64,000 nucleotides of DNA from Alphaproteobacteria bacterium (GCA_022824105.1 JAJEAZ010000363.1:14079-78078); one strand, 5' to 3'. Positions 51,620 to 62,617 are shown, counted from the first letter of the stretch. The notes: a model not told the origin generated them from the letters alone. A program made the numbers and translations.

Positions 51620-53257
51620 ATGGATTTCGTCGTGGTTGGCGCCGGCTCCGCCGGCGCGGTGATTGCCAATCGGCTCTCGGAGAATCCCGCGCATTCGGTG
51701 ACCCTCCTGGAGGCCGGCGGCGCCGACTGGGGACCGATGATCCATGTGCCGATGGGCAGCGGCGAACTGATGCGCAAGGGGGCGTTCGGGTGGCGGCTGT
51801 TCACCGAGCCGGAACCGGGCCTCGACGGGCGGCAGGTGTTCTGGCCGCGCGGCAAGGTTCTCGGCGGTTCCTCGTCGATCAACGGCCAAGTGTATATCCG
51901 CGGCCATCGATCCGATTACGACCAGTGGGCGCAGCTCGGGAACCGCGGCTGGAGTTACGCGGAAGTCCTGCCCTATTTCCGGCGCTCGGAGCGTCACGCC
52001 GACCGCCATGACGCGTTCCATGGTGGCGACGGTCCCATGTGGGTTGCGCGCGGCGGACTACGCAACCCGCTGTTCGACGCCTTCGTCGAAGCCGGCAAGC
52101 AGGCCGGTTACGCCGTAACGGACGATTTCAACGGTGTCCGGCAGGAAGGGTTCGGCCGCCTGGATTTCACGACCTATCGCGGGCGTCGCCAGAGCACGGC
52201 TGTCGCCTTCCTTCGACCGGCGAAACGGCGCCGCAATCTGCGGATCGTGAAAAACGCCCGGGTGACGCGAATCGAGATCGCCGAGGGGCGCGCGGTGGCG
52301 GTCGAGGCGCGGGTCGGCGAGCGCATCCGCCGGTTCGAGGCCGCGCGGGAAATCGTTCTGGCCGCCGGCGTTGTGGGGTCGCCCCATATCCTGATGCTTT
52401 CCGGAATAGGCGATGCCGGGCATCTGGCCGAACACGGGGTCGAGGTGAGGGCTGACCTGCCCGGCGTCGGCAAGAACCTACAGGACCATGCCCAGGTTCC
52501 CCTGTTCTACGGTTGCAAGCTGCCGATCACGCTCTACCGCCTGGTGCGGATCGACAGGGCGGTCGCGTCGATGGCCCTGGCCCTGTTCCTGCGCTCCGGG
52601 CCGTTCGCCCATTTCCCCGTCCAGGGAGGCGCGTTCACCAGGTCGGCGCCGCATCTCGAGGCGCCCGACACGCAATGGCATTTCGGTATCGGCCTCGGCG
52701 TGCGTCGCGCCCGGCTGCCGCGCGTCCGGCCGAGCAGGGACCCGTTCGACCGCGACGGCTACATGATCGCTCCCTGCCTCCTGCGCCCGCAAAGCCGCGG
52801 CGAAATCGGGCTTGCCGGTTCCGATCCGCTTGCGGCGCCGCGCATCCGGGCCAACTACCTGACGGCGGAAGCGGACCGGCTCTTCCTGCGGAACGCCTTC
52901 CGCGAAGCGCGCAGGATCGGCACGCAACCGGCGTTCGATCCCTATCGGGACGGCGAACTGGCGCCGGGCGAGGACGTCCGGAGCGACGACGAGATCGACG
53001 CTTATATCCGTGCGACGTTTGCAACCTGCCACCACCAGGTCGGCACCTGCCGGATGGGGCAGGATCCGATGGCTGTGGTCGACGACCGGCTTCGGGTGTA
53101 CGGCGTGGAGCGCTTGCGCGTCGCCGATGCTTCGATCATGCCGACGCTGACCGGCGGCAATACGAACGCGCCGACGATAATGATCGCCGAAAAGGCGGCC
53201 GATCTCGTTCTGGGCAGGGAGCCGCCGGAACCCGATCCGGGCGATGCGGGCGGGTAG
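51620..53257 (+). CDS. GMC family oxidoreductase (choline-dehydrogenase-like)
   Basis: DFVVVGAGSAGAVIANRLSE, GKVLGGSSSINGQVYIRG, and C-terminal HQVGTCRMG plus DASIMP. Confidence 0.93.
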   Translation: MDFVVVGAGSAGAVIANRLSENPAHSVTLLEAGGADWGPMIHVPMGSGELMRKGAFGWRLFTEPEPGLDGRQVFWPRGKVLGGSSSINGQVYIRGHRSDYDQWAQLGNRGWSYAEVLPYFRRSERHADRHDAFHGGDGPMWVARGGLRNPLFDAFVEAGKQAGYAVTDDFNGVRQEGFGRLDFTTYRGRRQSTAVAFLRPAKRRRNLRIVKNARVTRIEIAEGRAVAVEARVGERIRRFEAAREIVLAAGVVGSPHILMLSGIGDAGHLAEHGVEVRADLPGVGKNLQDHAQVPLFYGCKLPITLYRLVRIDRAVASMALALFLRSGPFAHFPVQGGAFTRSAPHLEAPDTQWHFGIGLGVRRARLPRVRPSRDPFDRDGYMIAPCLLRPQSRGEIGLAGSDPLAAPRIRANYLTAEADRLFLRNAFREARRIGTQPAFDPYRDGELAPGEDVRSDDEIDAYIRATFATCHHQVGTCRMGQDPMAVVDDRLRVYGVERLRVADASIMPTLTGGNTNAPTIMIAEKAADLVLGREPPEPDPGDAGG

Positions 53258-53266
53258 CCGGCCGTT

Positions 53267-53827
53267 TCAGCCGGTTCCTTCGTAGCGGCCGAAGGGCGAC
53301 GGGGCGTCGGGAACGCGGAACTCCACGGCGTTCAGGGTATGCGCCCCGATCTGGTAGTAGCCGATCAATGCCGCCAGCTCGACGACGCCGGCGGTTCCGA
53401 AATGCTCCGCAACGCTGCGGTAGGCGGCGTCGCCGACCGCATTGTCGCGCAACAGTCCGGTGGCGAATTCGTAGATCGCGTCGGCGTCTTCCGCCAGGCC
53501 GTCCGGTTTGATCCCTGCCTTGACGGCGGCGATCGTCTCCGTCGGCAAGCCTTCCCGTTCGGCAATCTGTGCGTGCACATGCCATTCGTAGTCGCAGCGG
53601 TGGTGCGCGGAGACGATCAGGATCGTCATTTCCGACAGCGCCTTCGGCAGGACGTTGTTGAAGCGGAGGTGCTCGCCTAGCGCCTGGGCCCGTTCGCACA
53701 GATCCGGGCTGTGCAGCCAGAGCGCGAGAGGCCCGGCCACCCGGCCGCGCGGGCCCGAGGCGATCCTGTCGTGCAGCGCCTGCTGGCGGGCATCGAGGGT
53801 TTCAGGCAGTCCTGTCAATCGCTGCAA
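53267..53827 (-). CDS. carboxymuconolactone decarboxylase (AhpD-like) family protein
   Basis: CMD-domain pattern (LIVSAHHRCDYEWHVHAQIA). I start at the TTG at 53827, with GGAAAGGA 8 nt upstream and 20 nt after the upstream stop. Earlier starts would overlap the thiolase gene. Confidence 0.75.
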   Translation of the reverse strand: MQRLTGLPETLDARQQALHDRIASGPRGRVAGPLALWLHSPDLCERAQALGEHLRFNNVLPKALSEMTILIVSAHHRCDYEWHVHAQIAEREGLPTETIAAVKAGIKPDGLAEDADAIYEFATGLLRDNAVGDAAYRSVAEHFGTAGVVELAALIGYYQIGAHTLNAVEFRVPDAPSPFGRYEGTG

Positions 53828-53846
53828 TTTTGCAATCCTTTCCCAA

Positions 53847-55094
53847 TCAATCGCCGGCGATGCTCTCGAGCACCGTAACGGCGGCAGCGGCTTCCTCGAC
53901 GCCGACGAAACCGCCGCCGTTCTCGGCGACGGCGATTCTTGCGCCATCGACCTGCCGGCCGCCGGCTTCGCCGCGCAACTGGGCGACCAGCTCATGTAAC
54001 TGAACGATCCCGGTCGCTGCGATCGGATGGCCCTTGGACAGAAGCCCGCCCGAGGTATTGACGGGGCAGCGCCCGCCGAGCGTCGTCTCGCCGGCCTCGG
54101 TCACCGGGCCGCCATCGCCGCGCCCCGCCAGCCCGAGATTTTCGATTTGGACGATTTCCCCGAACGCCGTTGCGTCATGCACCTCGGCGACGTCGATATC
54201 CGCAGGTTCTATGCCGGCGGTCTCGCAAGCGGCGCGTGCCGCACGCCGGCCGACCTGCCGGTCGTAGTCCTCCGGCGCGCGGTCGGAGCCGCTTTTCATG
54301 GCGCAGGCGCGAATCCTGACCGTGCGCCGGCTCGGGTTGGCCCTGACCCGCCGGTCGCTGACGATGACCGCCGCTGCGGCGCCGTCGCTTACCGGCGCGC
54401 ACATCGAGCGGGTCAACGGAAAGGTCACCTCCCGGTCCGCCAGTACGTCCTCGACCGTCATCGCATGACGGTACTGCGCCACCGGATTATGGACGCTGTG
54501 ACCGTGATTCTTGGCGGCGACGCAGGCGATCTGGCGCTGCGTGGTGCCGAACGTCCGCATATGGTGCTTGGCCATTGCGGCATACATGTCCATGAAGAAC
54601 GTATGGGCGCCGCTGTCGCTCGTAGCGCCCGGTTCCCGCTCCCCGGCCAGTCTGTCGAAGACCGCCCGCGCCTCGTCGATGCGCGAGATGTCTGTCCCAC
54701 CCAGAAAGGTCCGGAAAATCTCTTCCTTGGATTTTTCCGGGTAGATCATCTTTTCCGATCCGACGACGAGGGCGACGTCGCACATTCCGGCGTCGATGGC
54801 GGCAATCGCACTCCACACGCCGGCCGTCGAAGACGCGCAGGCATTCTCGATGTTGGTTATGGGGATTCCGGGCAGGCCGAGATCGCGCAGGGCGACCTGA
54901 CCGCGGATCGAGTTCTGGCCTTCCATCAGCGCCTGGCGGGTGTTGGAAAACCAGGCGGCCTCGATATCGCCGGTCTCCAGGCCGGCATCGGCAAGCGCGC
55001 CGCGGACGACTTCCTCCGCCATATCGCGCACGGTCCGGCCGGTCAGCCGGCCGAGTTCGGTCACCGCAATGCCTGCGATATGGGCTCCGGTCAT
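53847..55094 (-). CDS. thiolase-fold protein (SCP-x / lipid-transfer-protein-like thiolase)
   Basis: NIENACASSTAG (active-site Cys region), GHPIAATG, and ENGGG at the C-terminus. The ATG at 55094 overlaps the upstream TGA. Confidence 0.85.
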   Translation of the reverse strand: MTGAHIAGIAVTELGRLTGRTVRDMAEEVVRGALADAGLETGDIEAAWFSNTRQALMEGQNSIRGQVALRDLGLPGIPITNIENACASSTAGVWSAIAAIDAGMCDVALVVGSEKMIYPEKSKEEIFRTFLGGTDISRIDEARAVFDRLAGEREPGATSDSGAHTFFMDMYAAMAKHHMRTFGTTQRQIACVAAKNHGHSVHNPVAQYRHAMTVEDVLADREVTFPLTRSMCAPVSDGAAAAVIVSDRRVRANPSRRTVRIRACAMKSGSDRAPEDYDRQVGRRAARAACETAGIEPADIDVAEVHDATAFGEIVQIENLGLAGRGDGGPVTEAGETTLGGRCPVNTSGGLLSKGHPIAATGIVQLHELVAQLRGEAGGRQVDGARIAVAENGGGFVGVEEAAAAVTVLESIAGD

Positions 55095-56605
55095 GACGAA
55101 CGCTCCCTTGCCAGCGCCCAGGCCCGAGCGTCCTTGCGCAAGACCTTGCCGATCGGGCTGCGCGGCAGCTCGCCGGCGATGTGGACGGTTTTCGGCGCCT
55201 TGACCGGGCCGATCCGCTCCCGGACGAAAGCGACGATCTCGTCCGCCGTCGCCGCCGCGCCGTCGTGAAGCTCCAGCGCCGCCTCGACCCGCTCGCCCCA
55301 CTTCGGGTCGGGCGCGGAAAACACCACGCACTCGCGCACCGCCGGATGACCCACCAGCGCATTCTCGACCTCGATCGGGTAGACGTTGAACCCGCCCGAG
55401 ATAATGACGTCGCGCAGACGGTCCTTCAGAAACACGAAACCGCGTTCGTCGATATAGCCGACATCGCCGGTATGGAGCCAGCCGTCGACGACGGTCCGGG
55501 CGGTTTCGTCGGGCATGCCGAAATAGCCGTTCATCGTCAGCGGCCCGCGCCCGACGATCTCGCCGATCTCTCCCGGCGGCAGGATCTCGCCATCGCGGTC
55601 CATGGCCTCGACCCGGCAGAACGGCGTGACCCGCCCGGCCGAAGCCAGATACCGGTCGTCCGTCAGTTCGCCGGCGCGCAGAATCGACATCACAACCGGC
55701 ATCTCGGTCTGGCCGTAGACGGCTTCGAGCTTGCCGCGAAAGAACGCCCGCGCTTCCCGGACCTTCTCTTCGGGCATCGGCGCCGCGCCGTAGATGACGT
55801 GCCGCAGTTGCGGGAAGGCCGGCCGCCGCCCGCCCGCCGCGTCCATGATCGCATAGATCGAGGTCGGCGGCAGGAAAGTGGTGGTTCCTTCGCCGCTTTC
55901 CAGAAGCGCCAGGACATGGCCGGGCGCGGGTTCGGCAACCAGGCGGTTCAGGCCGCCGGTCGCCAGAATCGGGATCAGGAAGGTTCCGGCGCCGTGGCTG
56001 ATCGGCGCCACGCAGAGATGGCGGTCGCCTTCGTCGAAGCCGAAGCAGGCCAGCATGGTCGCAATCAGCGTCGTGACGCAGCGGAAACTCTGCTCGACCG
56101 CCTTGGGAACGCCGGACGTCCCGCCGGTGAACTTGATCCCGTTGACGTCGTCCATGGCGACGGCGGGCCAGGAAGGGCGGCGCCCGGCAAATTCGGCCCG
56201 CAGCGCCACCGCGTCTCCGTCCGTGCCGATGCCCGGCGTCCCGCCGATGACCGGCAGCGCGGTTTCAGCGAACAGAGGCGCCATGTCCGGCTCGGTATAG
56301 ATGAGGTGCGGCCCGACCCGGGCGATCTGTGCGCCGACATCGGATGCCGAACTCCGGGCGTTGATCGGGACGATAATCCCGCCGGCGGCATGAACGGCGA
56401 GGACGGTCGTGCAGTGCGACAGCGTGTTGTTGCCGCAGACCGCAACCACCGGACGGTCCGTGCCGGCGCGATCCTGCAGGGCGGCGGCCATGGCGTCGAC
56501 CTCGGCCATCAGTTTCCGGTACGACCAGACCGTCTCGCCGTCGCCGGCGGCCGGTGCGTCGGGCGTGTAACGGGCCGTGCGGCGGACGAAATCTATGGGA
56601 AACAC
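55091..56605 (-). CDS. AMP-dependent acyl-CoA synthetase/ligase
   Basis: FTGGTSGVPKAV, GWLHTGDVGYIDERGFVFLKDRLRDVIISGGFNVYP, and PRSPIGKVLRKD. GTG start at 56605 chosen. The 877-aa track ORF is an upstream extension. Confidence 0.88.
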   Translation of the reverse strand: MFPIDFVRRTARYTPDAPAAGDGETVWSYRKLMAEVDAMAAALQDRAGTDRPVVAVCGNNTLSHCTTVLAVHAAGGIIVPINARSSASDVGAQIARVGPHLIYTEPDMAPLFAETALPVIGGTPGIGTDGDAVALRAEFAGRRPSWPAVAMDDVNGIKFTGGTSGVPKAVEQSFRCVTTLIATMLACFGFDEGDRHLCVAPISHGAGTFLIPILATGGLNRLVAEPAPGHVLALLESGEGTTTFLPPTSIYAIMDAAGGRRPAFPQLRHVIYGAAPMPEEKVREARAFFRGKLEAVYGQTEMPVVMSILRAGELTDDRYLASAGRVTPFCRVEAMDRDGEILPPGEIGEIVGRGPLTMNGYFGMPDETARTVVDGWLHTGDVGYIDERGFVFLKDRLRDVIISGGFNVYPIEVENALVGHPAVRECVVFSAPDPKWGERVEAALELHDGAAATADEIVAFVRERIGPVKAPKTVHIAGELPRSPIGKVLRKDARAWALARERSS

Positions 56606-56649
56606 GGCTCTCGATGGTCCTTCCGGTCGCTCCGGGCGCGCCGCCGATC

Positions 56650-57648
56650 TCAGTCCGTCGTCAGGACGATTTTTCCGAAGTGCCGGTTTTCCGCCATCTT
56701 CTGCTGTGCAGCCAGCACGTCGGCAAGCGGAAAGGTGCCGTCGACGACCGGCCGGAGCCGGCCGGCCTCGATGGCCGGCATCAGGTCCCGCAGCATCGCG
56801 TCGCGGACGGCGCGCTTCTGTTCGCGGTCGCGCGTCCGGAAGGTGACGCCGATCAGCGAAATCCGCCGCAGCGCCAGCTTGTCCATGTCGACGGTGTCGT
56901 GGAAACTGCCGAGACGTCCGACGGACACGATCCGGCCGCCCAGCGCCGTTGCATCCAGAAGCGCGTCCAGGATGCCGGCCCCGACCATGTCGATGACGAC
57001 ATCGGCGCCGCGGCCCCCGGTCGCCTCGAGCACCCCGGTCGTGAGGTCGTCCGGCGAAGCGCCGACCAGGGCATCCCACGGCAGCGCCCGGAACGCCGCC
57101 GGGCGCGGCCCCGGCCGGGCCGAGCCGAGGATCGGCGCCGCACCAAGCACGCGCGCGCACTGCGCCGCGGCAATCCCGATCCCCGAAGCCGCCGCCGTCA
57201 CCAGCACCGATTGCCCGGTTTCGAGCCTGCCGGCGGTCGCCAGCGCATCGTGCGCCGTCTGGTACCAGACCGGCAGGGCTGCGGCCTCGACATAGTCGAT
57301 GGTATCCGGAATGCCGATCGCCGCCGCCTCGTCGGCCAGCGCGAACTCGGCATAGCCGCCGGGCGCCATGGCGGCGATCCGGTCGCCGGGCGCGAAGGCC
57401 CCGACGCCGGCGCCGGTCGCAACGACATCGCCCGCCACCTCGAGACCGGCGATGACCGGTCCTTCGACCTTGAAATGGGCCTGGGCGCGGCTGAGGTCGG
57501 CCCGGTTGAGCCCGGATGCCCGGACACGGACCAGCATCTGGCCCTCTCCTGGTGCCGGAACGGGGATATCGACGATTTCCAGCGTCGGTCGGTCCGCCGT
57601 TGCGACGATTGCCGCCGCCTTCATCGTGGCTGGCAGATTTTCGCTCAT
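56650..57648 (-). CDS. NADPH:quinone-oxidoreductase-like MDR family protein
   Basis: GLNRADL, AAASGIGIAA Rossmann variant, no catalytic Zn cysteines. Start at the ATG at 57648; the ATG at 57624 is an alternative. Confidence 0.85.
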   Translation of the reverse strand: MSENLPATMKAAAIVATADRPTLEIVDIPVPAPGEGQMLVRVRASGLNRADLSRAQAHFKVEGPVIAGLEVAGDVVATGAGVGAFAPGDRIAAMAPGGYAEFALADEAAAIGIPDTIDYVEAAALPVWYQTAHDALATAGRLETGQSVLVTAAASGIGIAAAQCARVLGAAPILGSARPGPRPAAFRALPWDALVGASPDDLTTGVLEATGGRGADVVIDMVGAGILDALLDATALGGRIVSVGRLGSFHDTVDMDKLALRRISLIGVTFRTRDREQKRAVRDAMLRDLMPAIEAGRLRPVVDGTFPLADVLAAQQKMAENRHFGKIVLTTD

Positions 57649-57842
57649 GGGCTGGTCGTCCGGCTCGGTCCGATGCGTCTGGTCGATCGGGATCAGGGTA
57701 TACAGTCTGCCTGCATGTTGGCAATTTTTCTGATATTTAGAGCAAGGTCCATCGCTGCGAGCTGGAGTCTGCCGCCGGGACGCGGCGGGGAACCGCGCCG
57801 GCGCGCCGCCGACATGCCTGTACCGGCCGGGGAGCGATTCAG

Positions 57843-58751
57843 ATGGTTTCACCCGAACTCTCGGCCGCGATGGAGCGGCTCAAGCGGAAACGCCAGGACT
57901 CGGGGATGCGCGACGACCGGTTCTCGGTCGCGGCGGCGCGCGCCGCCGAACTGGAGGCAGAACCGGTCTATCCGGAAGGTATGGCCTTTCGCGACGTCGA
58001 TGCCGGCGGCGTCGCGGCCAAATGGGCGATTCCGCGAAACGGCGCGGCGGCGCGCAGGATCGTGTATTTTCACGGCGGCGGCTACATCACCGGCCGCTGG
58101 GAAACCCACTGCACCATCTGCGCCTGGCTGGCGGAAGCGAGCGCGGCGCCGGTGCTGTTCGTCGACTACCGGCGCGCACCGGAACATCCGTTTCCGGCCG
58201 CGGTCGACGACGCCTATGCCGCGTATCGCTGGACGCGGCGCCACGGACCGGACGGAGCCTCGCCCGCGCAGAGCGTCGCGACCGCAGGCGATTCGTCCGG
58301 CGGCGCGCTTGCGATGGCCGTCATGTTGCGCGCCCGGAGCGACGCGGCGCCGATGCCCGATGCGGGGGTGCTGATCTCGGCCATGCTCGATCTCGACGAA
58401 GCGTCGTCGGAATTCCTGCAAACCTACGGCCGGATGCGCGATGCCGCACGGCTCTATGTGCCGCCGCCCGGGGACCCGCGCCATGAATGGGCGTCGCCGG
58501 TCCATGCCGATCTCGCCGGCCTGCCGCCGCTGCTCGTCCAGACCGGCGAGGCCGACTATGTCAAGGGCGACAGCCTGCTGCTGGCGGAACGGGCGCGCTC
58601 CTGCGGCCTCGATGTCCGGCTCGAAGTATGGCCGGAGATGCCGCATGTCTGGCATCGGTTCGCCCCGGCCGTTCCCGAAGCGCGCGACGCCCTCGAACGG
58701 ATCGGCGAATTCCTGCGGCAGCAGCCCGCGTTCGCCGGTGCGGCGTCCTGA
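57843..58751 (+). CDS. alpha/beta hydrolase fold-3 esterase/lipase (HSL family)
   Basis: HGGGY oxyanion motif and GDSSGG nucleophile elbow. Confidence 0.9.
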   Translation: MVSPELSAAMERLKRKRQDSGMRDDRFSVAAARAAELEAEPVYPEGMAFRDVDAGGVAAKWAIPRNGAAARRIVYFHGGGYITGRWETHCTICAWLAEASAAPVLFVDYRRAPEHPFPAAVDDAYAAYRWTRRHGPDGASPAQSVATAGDSSGGALAMAVMLRARSDAAPMPDAGVLISAMLDLDEASSEFLQTYGRMRDAARLYVPPPGDPRHEWASPVHADLAGLPPLLVQTGEADYVKGDSLLLAERARSCGLDVRLEVWPEMPHVWHRFAPAVPEARDALERIGEFLRQQPAFAGAAS

Positions 58752-58807
58752 GAAGCGCGGTATCTGTTTGAATTGGCCCCGTCGCGCCTGAAGGCACTCC
58801 AACTCTT

Positions 58808-59698
58808 TCAACGGAGGAACTCGGCGCGATGACGCTTGGCGAAATCGGCCCAGCGGGTTGGGTCGCGGCCGATCAGCCGCTTCAGCGTGCCGTGCGTTCT
58901 GTCCGCATCCGGCGCGCGTCCGGCGGCGACGGCCTGAAAATACGCGACCCCCGAACCGGCATAGGTCGCTTCGCGTCCGGCGGCCAGCAGCCGCGGCGTC
59001 AGTTCGGCCGCGTCGCGATGCTCGAACTGCCAATCCTGCCCGGTTTCGGCCTGCAGGATCGCAGCGACCTCTGACATCGAAATCGCTTCGGAATCGAGAA
59101 AATAGGTCCGGCCCCGATGTTCCTGGGGCTCACCCAGAATCCGTGCTGCCGCCGCGCCGATATCCTCGATATCGACCCACGCGACGCGCGCTGCGCCGGT
59201 GTAGTGCACCAGTACGCCGGGCCGGTCCCTGTTGGCCCGCGCATAGTCGAGGATGTTGACCATGAACATCGCGGGCCGCAGATGGGTGAAAGCGAGGCCC
59301 CGCCACTCGATGTAGCGCTCGATCAGCTGATGCCAGGCATGGTGCCTGAACGCGGTGTCGTCCGGTGCATGGGTGCCCAGATGCACGGCATGGGCGACGC
59401 CGGCGGCAGCGGCGCGGTCGATCAGAAACTTGCTGTGATGCAGCATGTCGACGCTGTAGCCGGTGAGAAGGAACAGCCGGTCGACTCCGTCCAGCGCGGC
59501 GCCGTAGCTGTCGGGTTCATCGAAATCGAAGCGAACGAATTCCTGCGCGAGGCCCTGCAGCCTGTTCCGCGCGTCCTCGGTCCGGCAGGCGGCGCGCACG
59601 GCGATGTCGTTGCGCTCCGCCAGATGGCGCAGGACGGCGCCGCCGACCTTGCCGGTCGCGCCGAGGACGAGGATCCGGGGTCTGGAGGTCCCGCTCAT
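58808..59698 (-). CDS. NmrA-family NAD(P)-binding protein
   Basis: ILVLGATGKVGGAV Rossmann motif with NmrA-like length and pattern. Confidence 0.85.
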   Translation of the reverse strand: MSGTSRPRILVLGATGKVGGAVLRHLAERNDIAVRAACRTEDARNRLQGLAQEFVRFDFDEPDSYGAALDGVDRLFLLTGYSVDMLHHSKFLIDRAAAAGVAHAVHLGTHAPDDTAFRHHAWHQLIERYIEWRGLAFTHLRPAMFMVNILDYARANRDRPGVLVHYTGAARVAWVDIEDIGAAAARILGEPQEHRGRTYFLDSEAISMSEVAAILQAETGQDWQFEHRDAAELTPRLLAAGREATYAGSGVAYFQAVAAGRAPDADRTHGTLKRLIGRDPTRWADFAKRHRAEFLR

Positions 59699-59925
59699 CG
59701 GATAGTCCTTCTACAGGAAGGGATGAAACCGGAAGACTTCGCCCGGCTCGCAACCTTGGCGGCGACTTCGATACGATACACCGAGGCCGCAATCGGATAT
59801 TGCGATGCTTCGATATGCTCATCGGCGGCTAGACGTGATCTCTCAATAGGGTGTCCCATCCGGGACTGATCTCGGAAGCTGATGGGTGACGAAAGCCTGT
59901 CAGCGAACCGAGAAGCGAGCCCCGG

Positions 59926-60010
59926 ATGAACGTCCATAAGAATGCGCGCATGACGGTCCATGGCCGAGTCCTTCTCTCTCAGCGGATCTGCCGGGAGGGC
60001 TGGCAGGGCT
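59926..60010 (+). pseudogene. IS481-family transposase N-terminal stub
   Basis: MNVHKNARMTVHGRVLLSQRICREGWQ matches the characteristic IS481 transposase N-terminus (MN.HKNARLT...R). Similarity is lost after about 28 codons, and no integrase core follows. Confidence 0.6.
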
Positions 60011-60089
60011 TCTCGGGACCGCTTGCTTGTCTGTCCCCGATTGTCCGGGCAGGAGGGGACCAGAAGGGACAAACGAGGAGGCATATGGT

Positions 60090-60220
60090 GTCAGGATTTG
60101 TCAGGATTTGTCAGGATTTGTCAGGTTCCGTCAGGTCCGGGTATGTCCGGCCGGTGGCGGGCGTCAGGATATGTCAGGATATGTCAGGATATGTCGGGTC
60201 CGGTCAGGTCCGGCAGGCCG
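60090..60220. repeat. two blocks of phased 10-bp GTCAGG repeats
   Basis: GTCAGG occurs at 60090, 60100, 60110, 60120 and 60130 (three units GTCAGGATTT, then GTCAGGTTCC and GTCAGGTCCG). It recurs at 60163, 60173 and 60183 (GTCAGGATAT x3), as GTCGGG at 60193, as GTCAGG at 60203, and as GGCAGG at 60213. Confidence 0.9.
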
Positions 60221-60266
60221 CATCGCATCCCCCCGTCGTTCCGGGCGGAAGGGCGGAAAAGGCGCT

Positions 60267-60313
60267 GAATTTCTGTATTCTGTATACAGAAATTCTTGCT
60301 TTCTTTATTTTTC
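60267..60313 (+). terminator. AT-rich 11-bp hairpin followed by a T-rich tract (terminator-like on the + strand)
   Basis: GAATTTCTGTA (60267-60277) and TACAGAAATTC (60285-60295) flank a 7-nt loop, followed by TTGCTTTCTTTATTTTTC. The stem is AT-rich, so its strength is uncertain. Confidence 0.35.
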
Positions 60314-60505
60314 AACGCCTTGCATCAAATAACCGACCGGCCCATCGATCGCTTCTTCGCCCCTCCGGAACGCGGCGGTCCGGCTGAACGGAGGCCGGGC
60401 GATCCGCCGGCGCCCGCCGCCATGCCGGCTTTCGTTCATATAATGTTCCGATCAGCGCCGTCAAGGCCGCTCGCACCGCCGCAGCGGCCGCCTGTTCCGG
60501 ACGGC

Positions 60506-62617
<2,112 letters not shown>

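Noticed and set aside
60130-60222. GTCAGGTCCGG resembles the conserved domain IV core of SRP (4.5S) RNA (..GUCAGGUCCGGAAGGAAGCAGC..).
   Set aside because: The motif occurs twice as part of the 10-bp repeat. The following bases (GCAGGCCGCATCG / GTATGTCCGG) do not give the GGAA tetraloop or the complementary strand, and no flanking helix 5 can be drawn.
60086-60222. The GTCAGG arrays as a CRISPR array, or as canonical Pho boxes.
   Set aside because: The units are 10 bp with no 25-40-bp spacers, and no cas genes are present, so this is not CRISPR. Pho boxes are CTGTCAT half-sites on an 11-bp register; here the core differs and the register is 10 bp.
60273-60289. CTGT...ACAG palindrome as a LexA SOS box.
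   Set aside because: The gammaproteobacterial box is CTGT-N8-ACAG, whereas this is CTGT-N9-ACAG. Alphaproteobacterial LexA uses a GTTC-N7-GTTC direct repeat. No SOS gene is adjacent.
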